Of a stretch of 64,000 bases of DNA, positions 50,059 to 59,256 are shown one piece after another. Each line of letters begins with the position of its first letter. The first letter of the stretch is position 1. A program made the translations under genes and the position numbers. The notes under the pieces were generated by a model. That model was not told where the DNA came from, ran no database searches, and saw only the letters and a program-made list of their open reading frames with translations. This stretch comes from an uncultured Rhodospirillaceae bacterium (GTDB lineage Bacteria > Pseudomonadota > Alphaproteobacteria > UBA9219): assembly GCA_964652235.1 (NCBI GenBank), contig CAZZDK010000010.1, positions 5,083 to 69,082 on the forward strand. Direction: 5' to 3'.

Positions 50059-51195
50059 TTACAGCGCTTCCATCGCGCCTGTTTGCTGAATGCTCCAACT
50101 GCCGTTTGCGCTTTGCTCAAGCCGCAGGCCCTGTTCCGCCAGGGCGCTTTGCAAAGATGCCAGGTCGCCCGTGAATTGAACCTCGATATGCACGAGGCCT
50201 CGCGTCATCGCGATGACGTGCGTTTCCACCACAAGCGGGACGCGGGCCAACTTGTCGCGAATTTTTCCCCAGGCGGCCAGGTTCGCGACCGGCACATCTA
50301 CGGGCAGGAACATCTGCGTTCCGGCGGGCGCCGCGGCGCCCGGAGAAGCGACGATCCGTGCCGCGCCGCTTGCCTGCGCCTGTTTCCATTCGCCTTCGAT
50401 GGCGCGGATCATCTGTTCGATTCCGTCCCTAAGCTCGTCGTCGAGGCCCGCATAGGCGGCGGAGGGCTTAAGGGAGGATTCGCGCACATCGCGCGGCAGG
50501 CCTTCGGAATCGTAGGCGCGGAGGATTATAGTCCCGTCGATCGGCGTGCCGGACAGTTCGTCGCCGGTTTCCAAAATGGCGACGATGGCGCCGCTTGCCT
50601 GGTATTTCCGCATCAAGGAGCGCAAGTTTTCGGCCTTGGCGCTGACGGCTTCCTCCGCGCTGATTTGCGCGATGTCTTCCAGATCGCCCGCCGGGCCGAT
50701 CATGGGCACGAGAACGGCTTTGCGCGCCGCCTCTTCCCAGGCGTTGCGCCAGGCCGTCCGGTCTTCCCAAAGAACGACGCGGCTACGGTTTTTCAAGAGA
50801 GGCAGAATCACGATAGGCTTGGCGCGAATTTCGGAAAAAGCCGTTCCCTTGGCGTTCAGAAAAGCGCGCACGGCCATCGGTTTGAACTGGACCGTAAAGG
50901 TGCCCATATAGCGCAGGGCGGCGGCGTGTTCCTTTTGGACCTCGAAGGATTGAACCAGAGCCGCGATTTCGTCGTCGCTCGCTTCGATGTTTCCCGCGTT
51001 CAGGCGGGAGAGGATTTCCTTGAAAGCGTGCCTTTGGGCCTGGGGGATGGCGTCGTTTCGGGCCTGGGCCGCGCTGGCCGCCGAGACGTCAACCGCGATG
51101 TCCGCGACTTGGTAAAGGGAAGAATCCTCCTGCGCCAGGGCCGCCGGGGCCATCGCCAGGAAACAGGCCAGAAAGGCCATTTGCGCGAGTTTCAT
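50059..51195 (-). CDS. Conserved exported hypothetical protein (possibly DUF2066 family; commonly purM-adjacent in alphaproteobacteria)
   Basis: Signal peptide [21 protein letters not shown], about 380 aa, no catalytic motif. The family call rests on context and memory only. Confidence 0.4.
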   Translation of the reverse strand: MKLAQMAFLACFLAMAPAALAQEDSSLYQVADIAVDVSAASAAQARNDAIPQAQRHAFKEILSRLNAGNIEASDDEIAALVQSFEVQKEHAAALRYMGTFTVQFKPMAVRAFLNAKGTAFSEIRAKPIVILPLLKNRSRVVLWEDRTAWRNAWEEAARKAVLVPMIGPAGDLEDIAQISAEEAVSAKAENLRSLMRKYQASGAIVAILETGDELSGTPIDGTIILRAYDSEGLPRDVRESSLKPSAAYAGLDDELRDGIEQMIRAIEGEWKQAQASGAARIVASPGAAAPAGTQMFLPVDVPVANLAAWGKIRDKLARVPLVVETHVIAMTRGLVHIEVQFTGDLASLQSALAEQGLRLEQSANGSWSIQQTGAMEAL

Positions 51196-51271
51196 TGCAA
51201 ACCTGTCCATTTTCGCTATTCTGCCCCTGTTTTTACAGCATCGAAGCTTAACCAGCAACTCTGGCGAGACC

Positions 51272-52351
51272 ATGGCGGACCTTAAGAACACGGAACGAGA
51301 CGCTTATGCCAAAGCAGGCGTCCACATCGACGCGGGCAATGAACTTGTCGAGGCGATCAAGCCCTTGGCCAAGGCGACTTCCCGGCCCGGCGCCGACGCG
51401 GCTTTGGGGGGATTCGGGGCTCTTTTCGACCTGAAAGCGACGGGTTACAAAGACCCTATTCTCGTCAGCTCGACCGACGGGGTGGGAACCAAGCTTCGCA
51501 TCGCCATCGAAAGCGGGCGGCACGATACGGTGGGGATCGATCTGGTCGCCATGTGCGTCAACGATCTGGTGGTGGCGGGCGCTGAGCCGTTGTTTTTCCT
51601 AGATTATTTTGCAACCGGGCGGCTGGATGTCGAAACGGCTCGCGCGGTCGTCAAGGGCATAGCCGAAGGCTGCAAACAAACCGGCTGCGCCCTGGTCGGC
51701 GGCGAAACGGCGGAAATGCCGGGTATGTATGAAGGCAAGGATTACGATCTGGCGGGCTTTGCCGTCGGCGCGGTTGAGCGGGACGCCATCTTGCCGCGAG
51801 GGGACGTTAAGGCCGGGGATGTCGTCCTCGGCCTGGCTTCAAACGGGGTCCACAGCAACGGTTTTTCGCTCGTTCGCAAGGTTGTGGAGCAAGAAGGGCT
51901 GGCCTGGGACGCGCCCGCGCCGTTCGATCCATCGCGCGGCCTGGCCGAGGCGCTTTTGGAGCCGACGCGACTCTACGTCAAACCGCTTTTGCCCGCGCTG
52001 CGGGGCGGGTTGCTTAAGGCGTTGGCGCATATTACGGGCGGCGGGCTTCTCGAAAACATCCCGCGCGTTTTGCCCCAGGGCCTCGGCGTCTGGCTTAGCG
52101 CGGCGAACTGGCCCGTGCCGCCGGTTTTCAAATGGCTGGCCAAGCAAAGCGGCGCGAGCGGGACGGACATGGCGCGAACGTTCAATTGCGGCATCGGCAT
52201 GGTCGTGATCGTCGCGCCGGAAAAGGTCGAAGAAGTCTCGGCCCTTTTGACGAATGCGGGCGAAAAAGTTTTCCGCATCGGCGAGGTCGAAGAGAATCTT
52301 TCCGAACATCGCGTCGTTATTCAGGGAATGGATTCGTCATGGCCGTGTTGA
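51272..52351 (+). CDS. purM: Phosphoribosylformylglycinamidine cyclo-ligase PurM
   Basis: [12 protein letters not shown] start, conserved PurM N/C domains, and AIR-synthase motifs (GGETAEMPG). Confidence 0.95.
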   Translation: MADLKNTERDAYAKAGVHIDAGNELVEAIKPLAKATSRPGADAALGGFGALFDLKATGYKDPILVSSTDGVGTKLRIAIESGRHDTVGIDLVAMCVNDLVVAGAEPLFFLDYFATGRLDVETARAVVKGIAEGCKQTGCALVGGETAEMPGMYEGKDYDLAGFAVGAVERDAILPRGDVKAGDVVLGLASNGVHSNGFSLVRKVVEQEGLAWDAPAPFDPSRGLAEALLEPTRLYVKPLLPALRGGLLKALAHITGGGLLENIPRVLPQGLGVWLSAANWPVPPVFKWLAKQSGASGTDMARTFNCGIGMVVIVAPEKVEEVSALLTNAGEKVFRIGEVEENLSEHRVVIQGMDSSWPC

Positions 52352-52989
52352 ACGTCGCCGTTCTTATTTCGGGGCGCGGCTCGAATATGCAGGCGTTGGT
52401 CCGCGCCGCGCAGGCGCCGGGCTTTCCCGCGAAAATCGTCTGCGTTCTCGCGAACCTTCCGGACGCGGCGGGCCTCGCCTGGGCCAGAGAAAACGGCATT
52501 CCGACCGAAATCGTGGATCACAGGCCTTTCGGCAAGGACCGCGAGGCTTTCGAAAAAGCGATGGATGAGAAAATCGTCGCCCATGGGGCGCAACTCGTTT
52601 GCCTGGCGGGCTTTATGCGGCTCATTTCGCCGTGGTTCGTGGAGAAATGGCGCGACAGGCTCGTGAACATTCATCCCTCGCTTCTGCCGTCTTTTCCGGG
52701 CCTGCACGTTCATGAACAGGCGCTGGCGGCGGGTGTGAAATTTTCCGGCTGCACGGTCCATTTTGTGCGTCCCGGCACGGACGACGGCCCGATCATCGTT
52801 CAGGCCGCGGTCCCCGTTTTGCAAGGCGACGATCCGGACGGCCTCGCCGCGCGGATTTTAGAGATGGAGCATAAAATTTATCCCGCCGCTCTGCGCTGGA
52901 TCGCCGAAGGGCGCGTGAACGTCCATAATGAGCGCTGTTTTATCGCGGGCGCCATCGCGCCGGAGAGCGCGATGAATCCTGGGGTGTGA
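52339..52989 (+). CDS. purN: Phosphoribosylglycinamide formyltransferase PurN
   Basis: [13 protein letters not shown] start and NIHPSLLP catalytic motif. It overlaps the purM 3' end; the ORF-track start at 52132 is inside purM. Confidence 0.93.
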   Translation: MAVLNVAVLISGRGSNMQALVRAAQAPGFPAKIVCVLANLPDAAGLAWARENGIPTEIVDHRPFGKDREAFEKAMDEKIVAHGAQLVCLAGFMRLISPWFVEKWRDRLVNIHPSLLPSFPGLHVHEQALAAGVKFSGCTVHFVRPGTDDGPIIVQAAVPVLQGDDPDGLAARILEMEHKIYPAALRWIAEGRVNVHNERCFIAGAIAPESAMNPGV

Positions 52990-53126
52990 AAACATTCAAA
53001 CGATCTTGGGCTGCAAAACGCACACTTTCAAGATTTTGATGCTCACGTACCTTTATGTACGCTGCGCTCAAAATCTTGAAAGCGCACGTTTTTCGCCTCA
53101 AGCTTATTTGAATGTCAACACACCCT
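52985..53126. repeat. Nested-palindromic MITE-like element, family 3 (copy D1)
   Basis: Terminal inverted repeats gggtgtgaaaacattcaaa / tttgaatgtcaacacaccc, enclosing inner inverted repeats cgcacactttcaagattttga / tcaaaatcttgaaagcgcacg, about 140 bp, immediately after the purN stop. Confidence 0.6.
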
Positions 53127-53290
53127 AGAGCAAAGTCCGGTTAGGTGGAATCAAAAGAACGTCGTCACTCCCGCGCAAGCGGGAGTCCCGTTTGGTTTAA
53201 CGGCATGAAAACCAAACGGGATGCCCGCTGTCGCGGGCATGACGAAAAAACCGGACATTTGTTCTACCTAACCGGATTTTGCTCTAGCGA
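53127..53290. repeat. Nested-palindromic MITE-like element, family 2 (copy D2), abutting D1
   Basis: Outer inverted repeats ctagagcaaagtccggttaggt / acctaaccggattttgctctag, inner inverted repeats gtcactcccgcgcaagcgggagtcccgtttggttt / aaaccaaacgggatgcccgctgtcgcgggcatgac. The core is shared with copy C at about 29564. Confidence 0.6.
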
Positions 53291-53441
53291 ATAAGGTTAA
53301 GATTTTTGGTTAATTTCTAGAATCTTTCCAACCCAAAATTTTTCGTCTTATGACAGCGCGAAACCATTCTTGCAGCCTTGATTCCTTGCGATTCGCTTGC
53401 TACACGCAGGCGCATCTTTTCCCTTTTTTAGAGGATTTGTC

Positions 53442-53738
53442 ATGGCGGCTTTAGTTGTTATCTCTCTTGCCCCTTCCAACGCGGCGCAGCACTTAAGGAA
53501 TTTCAAACTGAGCGCTTTTTGCGTTCAGACGGGACAAGCCCACAGGCCCGACAATTTTTGGCTGGCTTTGGCGCCAAACGCCAAGACGGCGAGAGCGCTT
53601 GTCGAAATGCAAGAAAAGCTCGAAAAAGGAAGAACGGGCAGCACGTATGTAGAGCCGATCGAAAGAGGCCATGCCTTGGAAAAACTGAAGCAAGGCTTTT
53701 TCGGCTGGTGCGTCAGACCGGGTTGCTTCGTTCGCTAA
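53442..53738 (+). CDS. Hypothetical small protein (about 98 aa)
   Basis: ORF with coding-like composition, Cys-containing (CVQTG...GWCVRPGCF), no motif. An AT-rich promoter-like region lies upstream. Start chosen at the internal MAALVV; the ORF track starts at 53397. Confidence 0.35.
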   Translation: MAALVVISLAPSNAAQHLRNFKLSAFCVQTGQAHRPDNFWLALAPNAKTARALVEMQEKLEKGRTGSTYVEPIERGHALEKLKQGFFGWCVRPGCFVR

Positions 53739-54496
53739 AACCGTACGCTCTTGCTTTCGTACCGGCGGCCCAGGAAGGACGGCATTTTGCTGCCGCCGTG
53801 GCTGCCGGGGAATTGCGCCATCTGATAGGACAAGTCCGTCTTGGTGCGATAGCTCCACAAAGCGTCCGGATTCTGGTGGTAGAAAAGATCCGAAACCGCC
53901 TCGGTCCGTACCCAGTCGATCACCTGCTTGCGGTGGACCAGCTTCCAAACGCCTGCCGCGCCCGAGGGGCGGCGCTCGGCGCGGTCGAGGAAACGGCTGC
54001 CGATGAAGACGTCCTCGCGGCCCGTCGGTTTGTCGAGGCGGAAATGCGCGTGGCAATAGGATTCGACAAAGGCCGCGTCGCCCTCAAGCGTCACGCGCAC
54101 ATTGCCGATGAGATGGTGGGATTCCCTGATTTGCGTCAAAACCCCGACGACCCAATGGACGTAATCGCCCGACGTTCCTTGAAACACGCCAGGGCCGAGA
54201 TCGACCGTCGCGTCCGGGTGAAAGACCGAACGCAAAAGCGTTTCGTCGATCCGGTCGAGTCCCCGCGCCGCGCTGTACAAAAGATCCGTAAGCTCGCTTT
54301 TATCCACGACGGCCTGGAGCCGGAGCGGCAGAAGCGGGCCTGAGGAGCGGACGGCCAAGGGCTCAACGAAAGAAGGGCCCATGGTTCGCTTCAAGAGCGC
54401 CGTTTTCTTTTTCGTTTTGGCGGGCGTCGCCTTTGGCTTACGGGCGGCGGGCTTGGTCTTTGGGGACGGAGCGGAGGTCTTTTTCGCTTTTGCCAT
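53735..54496 (-). CDS. NTF2/SnoaL-like domain protein with histone-H1-like Lys/Ala/Pro-rich N-terminal tail
   Basis: N-terminus MAKAKKTSAPSPKTKPAARKPKATPAKTKKKTALLKRT is of KAPK-repeat type, as in H1/Hc1/AlgP tails. The C-terminal about 160 aa has SnoaL/NTF2-like signatures (FHPDATVDLGPGVFQG...HHLIGNVRVTLEGDAAFVESYCHAHF). Confidence 0.55.
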   Translation of the reverse strand: MAKAKKTSAPSPKTKPAARKPKATPAKTKKKTALLKRTMGPSFVEPLAVRSSGPLLPLRLQAVVDKSELTDLLYSAARGLDRIDETLLRSVFHPDATVDLGPGVFQGTSGDYVHWVVGVLTQIRESHHLIGNVRVTLEGDAAFVESYCHAHFRLDKPTGREDVFIGSRFLDRAERRPSGAAGVWKLVHRKQVIDWVRTEAVSDLFYHQNPDALWSYRTKTDLSYQMAQFPGSHGGSKMPSFLGRRYESKSVRF

Positions 54497-54953
54497 GATA
54501 TGCGCCTCGGTGTTTCAGGTGTCTTTCTTTAGGTCTAGCACGGGTCGTTGCGTTTTCGTACATATTTTTCATAGGGTTAGTATGAAAACGATTTTTGTGA
54601 TCCTTAAAGGCCATTTTTTACCCGTTAAGTCCGTAAAAAAACCGTCAGAAAGCATAAAATGAAGATTGATGGTCCTTTTTTTAGCATTAAAAGACATTTT
54701 AGGCTTTATAAAGCAAAAAAATTATGGAAATTCTTCAAAAAACACCAAAAATGCAAACGAAAAGGCTACGAAAAGCTCATTTGGTCGTCAAAACATAAAA
54801 AACAATAAATGATTAACAAAAAAGGTTTTGGATCAGGAATGAAAAAAGAGAGGAAGGCTGGAACGAATCGAACCGAAAGCCCCCTTTTTTCTGCCTCTTC
54901 TGGTGTGGTGGCCTTAATTAATTCTTAGCGCCGAAAAGGCAAAATCGCCCCCT
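54497..54953. other. AT-rich intergenic island (about 33% GC in an about 62% GC genome), about 450 bp
   Basis: Long A/T runs (ggctttataaagcaaaaaaattatggaaattcttcaaaaaacaccaaaaatgcaaacgaaaaggc...). There is no ORF over 30 codons in sense, no tRNA-like structure and no obvious hairpin. It lies between divergent genes 53735..54496(-) and 54954..55427(+). Confidence 0.6.
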
Positions 54954-55427
54954 ATGACGAGTGCCGAATCTTTCCAGGATCGCATCGCCGGGACGAACAT
55001 CGATTCGCGGTCCCTGCTTTCGACGGATTATTTTAACCACTTCAACGAAGTGGTCATGATGCTCGGCATGGTCGGCGATATGCCGGAAATTCTCGACGAG
55101 ATCGACAAGTGGGATTTCAAAACCTATCGGGAGCATTTCATGGAAAGCGGGCTAGGATTCGCGCCGCTTGCGATTGAATGCTACGAGGCCGCTTCGCCGG
55201 AATTGCGCGAGCGGTTTGAGAAGATTGCCACGCAAATGAGCATGCTCATCGTCGAAACGCGCGCGAAATTGAGGTCGGCGCTCGAGGCGGGCGAAATGGA
55301 CAAGTTTAAGGACATGGCCCAGCTTCATTCCATGGAGCTGCAAGGGATGATCGACGACGGCGCGGCCGTCGTCCACGGCTATACGGCGGCGATGGATCAA
55401 TCCAAGATCGACGCCATGTTCGCATAA
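54954..55427 (+). CDS. Hypothetical alpha-helical protein (157 aa)
   Basis: ORF with coding-like codon usage, acidic, predicted all-helical (DYFNHFNEVVMMLGMVGDMPEILDEIDKWDFKTYREHF...). It has no recognisable motif and a weak RBS. Confidence 0.4.
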   Translation: MTSAESFQDRIAGTNIDSRSLLSTDYFNHFNEVVMMLGMVGDMPEILDEIDKWDFKTYREHFMESGLGFAPLAIECYEAASPELRERFEKIATQMSMLIVETRAKLRSALEAGEMDKFKDMAQLHSMELQGMIDDGAAVVHGYTAAMDQSKIDAMFA

Positions 55428-55430
55428 AGA

Positions 55431-56510
55431 CTAAGGATCGGAATAGAAAAACGTTTGTCCTTCGAAATTTTGCAAAAGCCAGCCCCCTTCCGTTTCCCTG
55501 ACCTGAGTTGAAAGGACGCGGACCTTGCCGTGTCCGCCCGGAATGTCGAGCATATAACGCGGAAGAAGCTGGTCGGGCAGGCGAGCCCCAAGTTCGCGGA
55601 CGAGTTCGACGCCTTTTTTTAAGGGAAGGCGGAAATGCCGGGTTCCTTCGGCCAGGTCCGGATGATGGAGATAATGCGGCCTGATCCGGCAAGCGACGAA
55701 AGCGTTCATAAGGGCGACCAGCGTTTCGATTTCGTCGTTCACGCCCTTAAGAAGAACGCTCTGCGAATAAAGGGAAACGCCCGCATCGGCCAGACGCGCA
55801 AGAGCCGCGCGCGCGGGGGGAGACAATTCGCGCGGATGGTTGCAATGGACCAGGAGTCTTAAGGGCTGGGGGCCTTCGGCCAAGAGACGGACAAAATCCG
55901 CCGTGAAAATATCCGGCATGGAAACGGGCGCGCGCGTGTGGACGCGCAGGGCCTCGACGTGGGCGATGCCGCGCAGTTCGCGAAAAATCTCCCGCAGACG
56001 CCGCGCGGAAAGCAGGAGAGGTTCGCCGCCCGAGAGAATAACCTCCCGCACCTCTTTATGTGTGCGAATGTAGTCGAGGGCGCGGGCCGTCTCCTCTTGC
56101 GAAAGAATCCCCCTGTCTTTGCCGACTCTTCCCCGGCGAAAACAAAAGCGGCAATAAGCCGGACAGGCCTGAATAAGATTCAAAAGCAAACGATCCGGAT
56201 AACGATGCACAATGCCGGGAACGGGCGCGTGGGCTTGATCGCCGATGGGATCGGCAAGCGCGCGAGGATCGGCCTCGATTTCCTGCGGCGACGGCACGAA
56301 CTGTCTGGCTACGGGGTCGTTCGGGTCGTCGGCGTCCATCAGACCAAGCAAAACGGGCGTGACGGCCAAAGGATGTCGGCGGACCGCTTCCGTCAATTCC
56401 GCCGAGGGCGAAGCAAGACCGAGATTTATCAAATCTTCGAGCGAACGCGCACAGCCGGAAAAAGGGAGCGAATCTCCCTGAAGGGAAGGGGAGGGCAGGG
56501 GAAAAAACAT
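55431..56510 (-). CDS. KamA-family radical SAM protein (lysine 2,3-aminomutase-like / EpmB-like)
   Basis: CxxxCxxC cluster in a KamA-type context (CPAYCRFCFRRG), followed by the SGGEPLLL motif and a PLP-binding-region-like pattern. Confidence 0.85.
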   Translation of the reverse strand: MFFPLPSPSLQGDSLPFSGCARSLEDLINLGLASPSAELTEAVRRHPLAVTPVLLGLMDADDPNDPVARQFVPSPQEIEADPRALADPIGDQAHAPVPGIVHRYPDRLLLNLIQACPAYCRFCFRRGRVGKDRGILSQEETARALDYIRTHKEVREVILSGGEPLLLSARRLREIFRELRGIAHVEALRVHTRAPVSMPDIFTADFVRLLAEGPQPLRLLVHCNHPRELSPPARAALARLADAGVSLYSQSVLLKGVNDEIETLVALMNAFVACRIRPHYLHHPDLAEGTRHFRLPLKKGVELVRELGARLPDQLLPRYMLDIPGGHGKVRVLSTQVRETEGGWLLQNFEGQTFFYSDP

Positions 56511-56515
56511 ATCGC

Positions 56516-58099
56516 CTAATGATAAAAATGCCTGATGCCCGTGAAAAGCATCGCAATACCGGCCTCGTCCGCCGCTTCGATCACTTCGCGGTCGCGCAGG
56601 GAACCTCCCGGCTGGATAACGGACGTTGCGCCCGCTTCTATAGCGGCCAAAAGACCGTCCGCGAAGGGGAAAAAGGCGTCCGAAGCGACGGCGCAGCCTT
56701 TGGTCAAGGGCGTCTCAAGTCCCATGGCCTTCGCCGCGTCTTCGGCCTTGCGCGCCGCAATGCGGGCGCTGTCCACGCGGCTCATTTGACCCGCGCCGAT
56801 GCCGACCGTCGCGCCGTCCTTGGCATAGACGATGGTGTTGGACTTGACGTGCTTGGCGACGGTAAAGGCAAAAACCATGTCGCGCATTTCCCGGTCCGTC
56901 GGCGGGCGTTTCGTGACGCATTTGAGCTCGGCGGGGTTAAGGATGATATTATCGCGCGATTGCAGCAAAAAACCGCCGGAGACCGTTTTGACGACACGTC
57001 CCGGCTCGGCGGGATCGGACATGGTTTTTGTCAAAAGAACGCGCAGGTTCTTTTTGGCGGCGAGGATTTTTCTCGCTTCGTCGTCAATGTCGGGCGCGAT
57101 GATGACTTCGGAGAAAATCTCGGCGATCTTCGCCGCCGCCGCCGCGTCAAGCTGTCGGTTGCAGGCGATGATGCCGCCGAACGCGCTGACGGGATCGCAG
57201 GCCAAAGCGCGCTCATAGGCCGAAAGAAGATCGCGCCCAAGCGCCACGCCGCAGGGATTGGCGTGCTTGATGATGGCGACGGCGGGCTGCTCGGTAAAGG
57301 CGCTGACAAGCTCGAAGGCGGCGTCCGTGTCGTTGATATTGTTGTAGCTGAGTTCCTTGCCTTGAATCTGGATGGCTGTCGCGACGCCGGGGCGGCTTTC
57401 CCCCGTGACGTAGAAGGAGGCCGTCTGGTGCGGATTTTCACCGTAACGCAAAGCCTGGCGCAATTTGGCCGAAAGGGTCAACGTTTCAGGGTAGTCCTCG
57501 CCGAGTTGCGAGGCGAACCAATTGCTGACGGCGGAATCGTAGGAAGCCGTATGGGCAAAGGCCGCCGCCGCCATCTTTTTGCGAAAGGCGAGCGTCGTTG
57601 CGCCGTCCTGCTCTTTTATCTCGGCCAGGAAGGAATCGTATTGCGCGGGGTCGGTCAGGATCACGACGTCGGCATGGTTTTTGGCCGCCGAGCGCACCAT
57701 GGCGGGGCCGCCGATGTCGATGTTTTCGATGCAGGTCTCGAAATCAGCGCCCTTCGCGACGGTTTCGCGAAACGGGTAAAGATTGACGACGACGAGATCA
57801 ATGGGCGGAACGCCGTGCTTTGCGGCTTCGGCCTGATGTTTTTCGTTGTTCCTGATTTGTAAAAGGCCGCCGTGGATTTTGGGGTGCAGCGTCTTGACGC
57901 GACCGTCCATCATTTCCGGAAAGCCCGTATAGTCGCCGACTTCAGTCACGGGGATATGGGCTTCGCGCAAAGCCTTGGCCGAGCCGCCGGTGGAGAGAAT
58001 CTCGATTTTCCGCGCGGCCAGCTCCTGGGCAAGGGCGAGCAGTCCCGTCTTGTCGGAAACGGAAATCAAGGCGCGGGCGATTTTGCGCGTGTCGGACAT
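56516..58099 (-). CDS. purH: Bifunctional AICAR transformylase / IMP cyclohydrolase PurH
   Basis: N-terminal MGS-like IMPCH domain ([11 protein letters not shown]...GGLLQ) and C-terminal AICARFT domain, 527 aa. Confidence 0.97.
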   Translation of the reverse strand: MSDTRKIARALISVSDKTGLLALAQELAARKIEILSTGGSAKALREAHIPVTEVGDYTGFPEMMDGRVKTLHPKIHGGLLQIRNNEKHQAEAAKHGVPPIDLVVVNLYPFRETVAKGADFETCIENIDIGGPAMVRSAAKNHADVVILTDPAQYDSFLAEIKEQDGATTLAFRKKMAAAAFAHTASYDSAVSNWFASQLGEDYPETLTLSAKLRQALRYGENPHQTASFYVTGESRPGVATAIQIQGKELSYNNINDTDAAFELVSAFTEQPAVAIIKHANPCGVALGRDLLSAYERALACDPVSAFGGIIACNRQLDAAAAAKIAEIFSEVIIAPDIDDEARKILAAKKNLRVLLTKTMSDPAEPGRVVKTVSGGFLLQSRDNIILNPAELKCVTKRPPTDREMRDMVFAFTVAKHVKSNTIVYAKDGATVGIGAGQMSRVDSARIAARKAEDAAKAMGLETPLTKGCAVASDAFFPFADGLLAAIEAGATSVIQPGGSLRDREVIEAADEAGIAMLFTGIRHFYH

Positions 58100-58178
58100 G
58101 GCTTTTCTTCCAGTTTGAGGGACGGCCTCTTCATATATCCTTATGCCGCCGGACTCAATGGCTGAAAAGGGGCAAAAA

Positions 58179-59198
58179 TCAAAGTTCTCTATGTAAAAGG
58201 GCCTGCTCGCCCTGGCGCACCAGGTCCGTCAGGATGTCGAGGACGGGCTTTTCCTCCTTAACCATCCCGACGATCTGGCCCGCCATGACCGAGCCTTTTT
58301 CCACGTCGCCCTCGATCACGGCCCGGCGCAGGGCGCCCGCCCAGAAATGCTCGATTTCCAATTGAGCGGCTTCCTTGGTCAAAGCGCCCGAATCGAACTT
58401 GGCGATGACCTCGCGCTGTTTTTCGATGAAAAGCTTTGTGCCCTCGTTGACGAGCGCGCGGACCGGAATGACCGGAAAGCGCGGATCGAGTTGCGGCGTC
58501 GGCACGGCATCCCGCGCGGCGGCATGAATAAAGGCCTTTTTGAAATTCGGGTGCGCGATACATTCCTTCGCGCAGACGAAAAGCGTTCCGATCTGCACGC
58601 CCGCCGCGCCCATTTCGAGATAGGAAACGATGGCCTCGCCGCGGCCGATGCCTCCGGCCACGAAAACGGGGACGCTGCCGCTCATTTCCGGCAGGATTTC
58701 CTGGGCCAGGACCGACGTGCTGACGGGCCCGATATGGCCGCCCGCCTCCATGCCCTCGATGACGAGCGCGTCCGCGCCCATGCGAACCAATCTCTTTGCG
58801 AGCGCCAGCGCCGGGGCGAAGCAGATCAATTTCGCGCCGCCGTCCTTCACGCGCTTGATGGCGGGCGCGGACGGCACCCCGCCCGCCAGAACGATGTGGC
58901 CTACTTTCTCTTCAAGGCAGGCGTCGATCAGCGCGTCAAGCTGCGGGTGCATCGTAATCAGGTTGACGCCGAAGGGCTGGCGGGTCAGGGCTTTGGTCGC
59001 TTGAACTTCCGCTTTCAATAAATCCGGCGACATGGAGCCGCAGGCGAGAACACCGAACCCCCCGGCGTTCGAGACGGCGGCGACGAGATTCCTTTCGCTG
59101 ATCCAGCTCATCGCGCCGCCCATGACGGCGAGCTTAACGCCCAGAAAATCGCAGCCGCGCTGCATAAGCGGTTTTAGACGGGAAGAAAGAGGGACCAT
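58179..59198 (-). CDS. NAD(P)H-dependent flavin oxidoreductase, nitronate monooxygenase / FabK-like (NMO family)
   Basis: TIM-barrel FMN motifs ([26 protein letters not shown]; [28 protein letters not shown]). Start taken at the internal [10 protein letters not shown]; the ORF-track start (TTG at 59399) overlaps lysC. Confidence 0.8.
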   Translation of the reverse strand: MVPLSSRLKPLMQRGCDFLGVKLAVMGGAMSWISERNLVAAVSNAGGFGVLACGSMSPDLLKAEVQATKALTRQPFGVNLITMHPQLDALIDACLEEKVGHIVLAGGVPSAPAIKRVKDGGAKLICFAPALALAKRLVRMGADALVIEGMEAGGHIGPVSTSVLAQEILPEMSGSVPVFVAGGIGRGEAIVSYLEMGAAGVQIGTLFVCAKECIAHPNFKKAFIHAAARDAVPTPQLDPRFPVIPVRALVNEGTKLFIEKQREVIAKFDSGALTKEAAQLEIEHFWAGALRRAVIEGDVEKGSVMAGQIVGMVKEEKPVLDILTDLVRQGEQALLHREL

Positions 59199-59256
59199 GC
59201 GAAAGATTTCCTGGAAAAGCCTTAAGACTGTCCGATGCCAGACATGGAAGGAAAAA

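Noticed and set aside
24311-53290. Whether the palindromic repeats could be a CRISPR array
   Set aside because: There is no regular repeat-spacer periodicity. The copies are tens of kb apart, differ in sequence family, and are internally palindromic in a nested way rather than direct repeats. No cas genes are present.
54870-54905. A GGAAC...N16 motif in the AT-rich island as a possible ECF (EcfG-type) promoter
   Set aside because: The -10 element (CGTT or TCTRA) is absent at the correct spacing, so the match is partial.
59160-59225. An apparent 1-nt disagreement between my base-by-base reading and the ORF-track frames (also near 14640)
   Set aside because: This is most likely my own mis-tokenisation of line boundaries, not a real frameshift or pseudogene. 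The ORF track is internally consistent, so I kept its coordinates and flagged +/-1-3 nt uncertainty on features I placed by reading bases.
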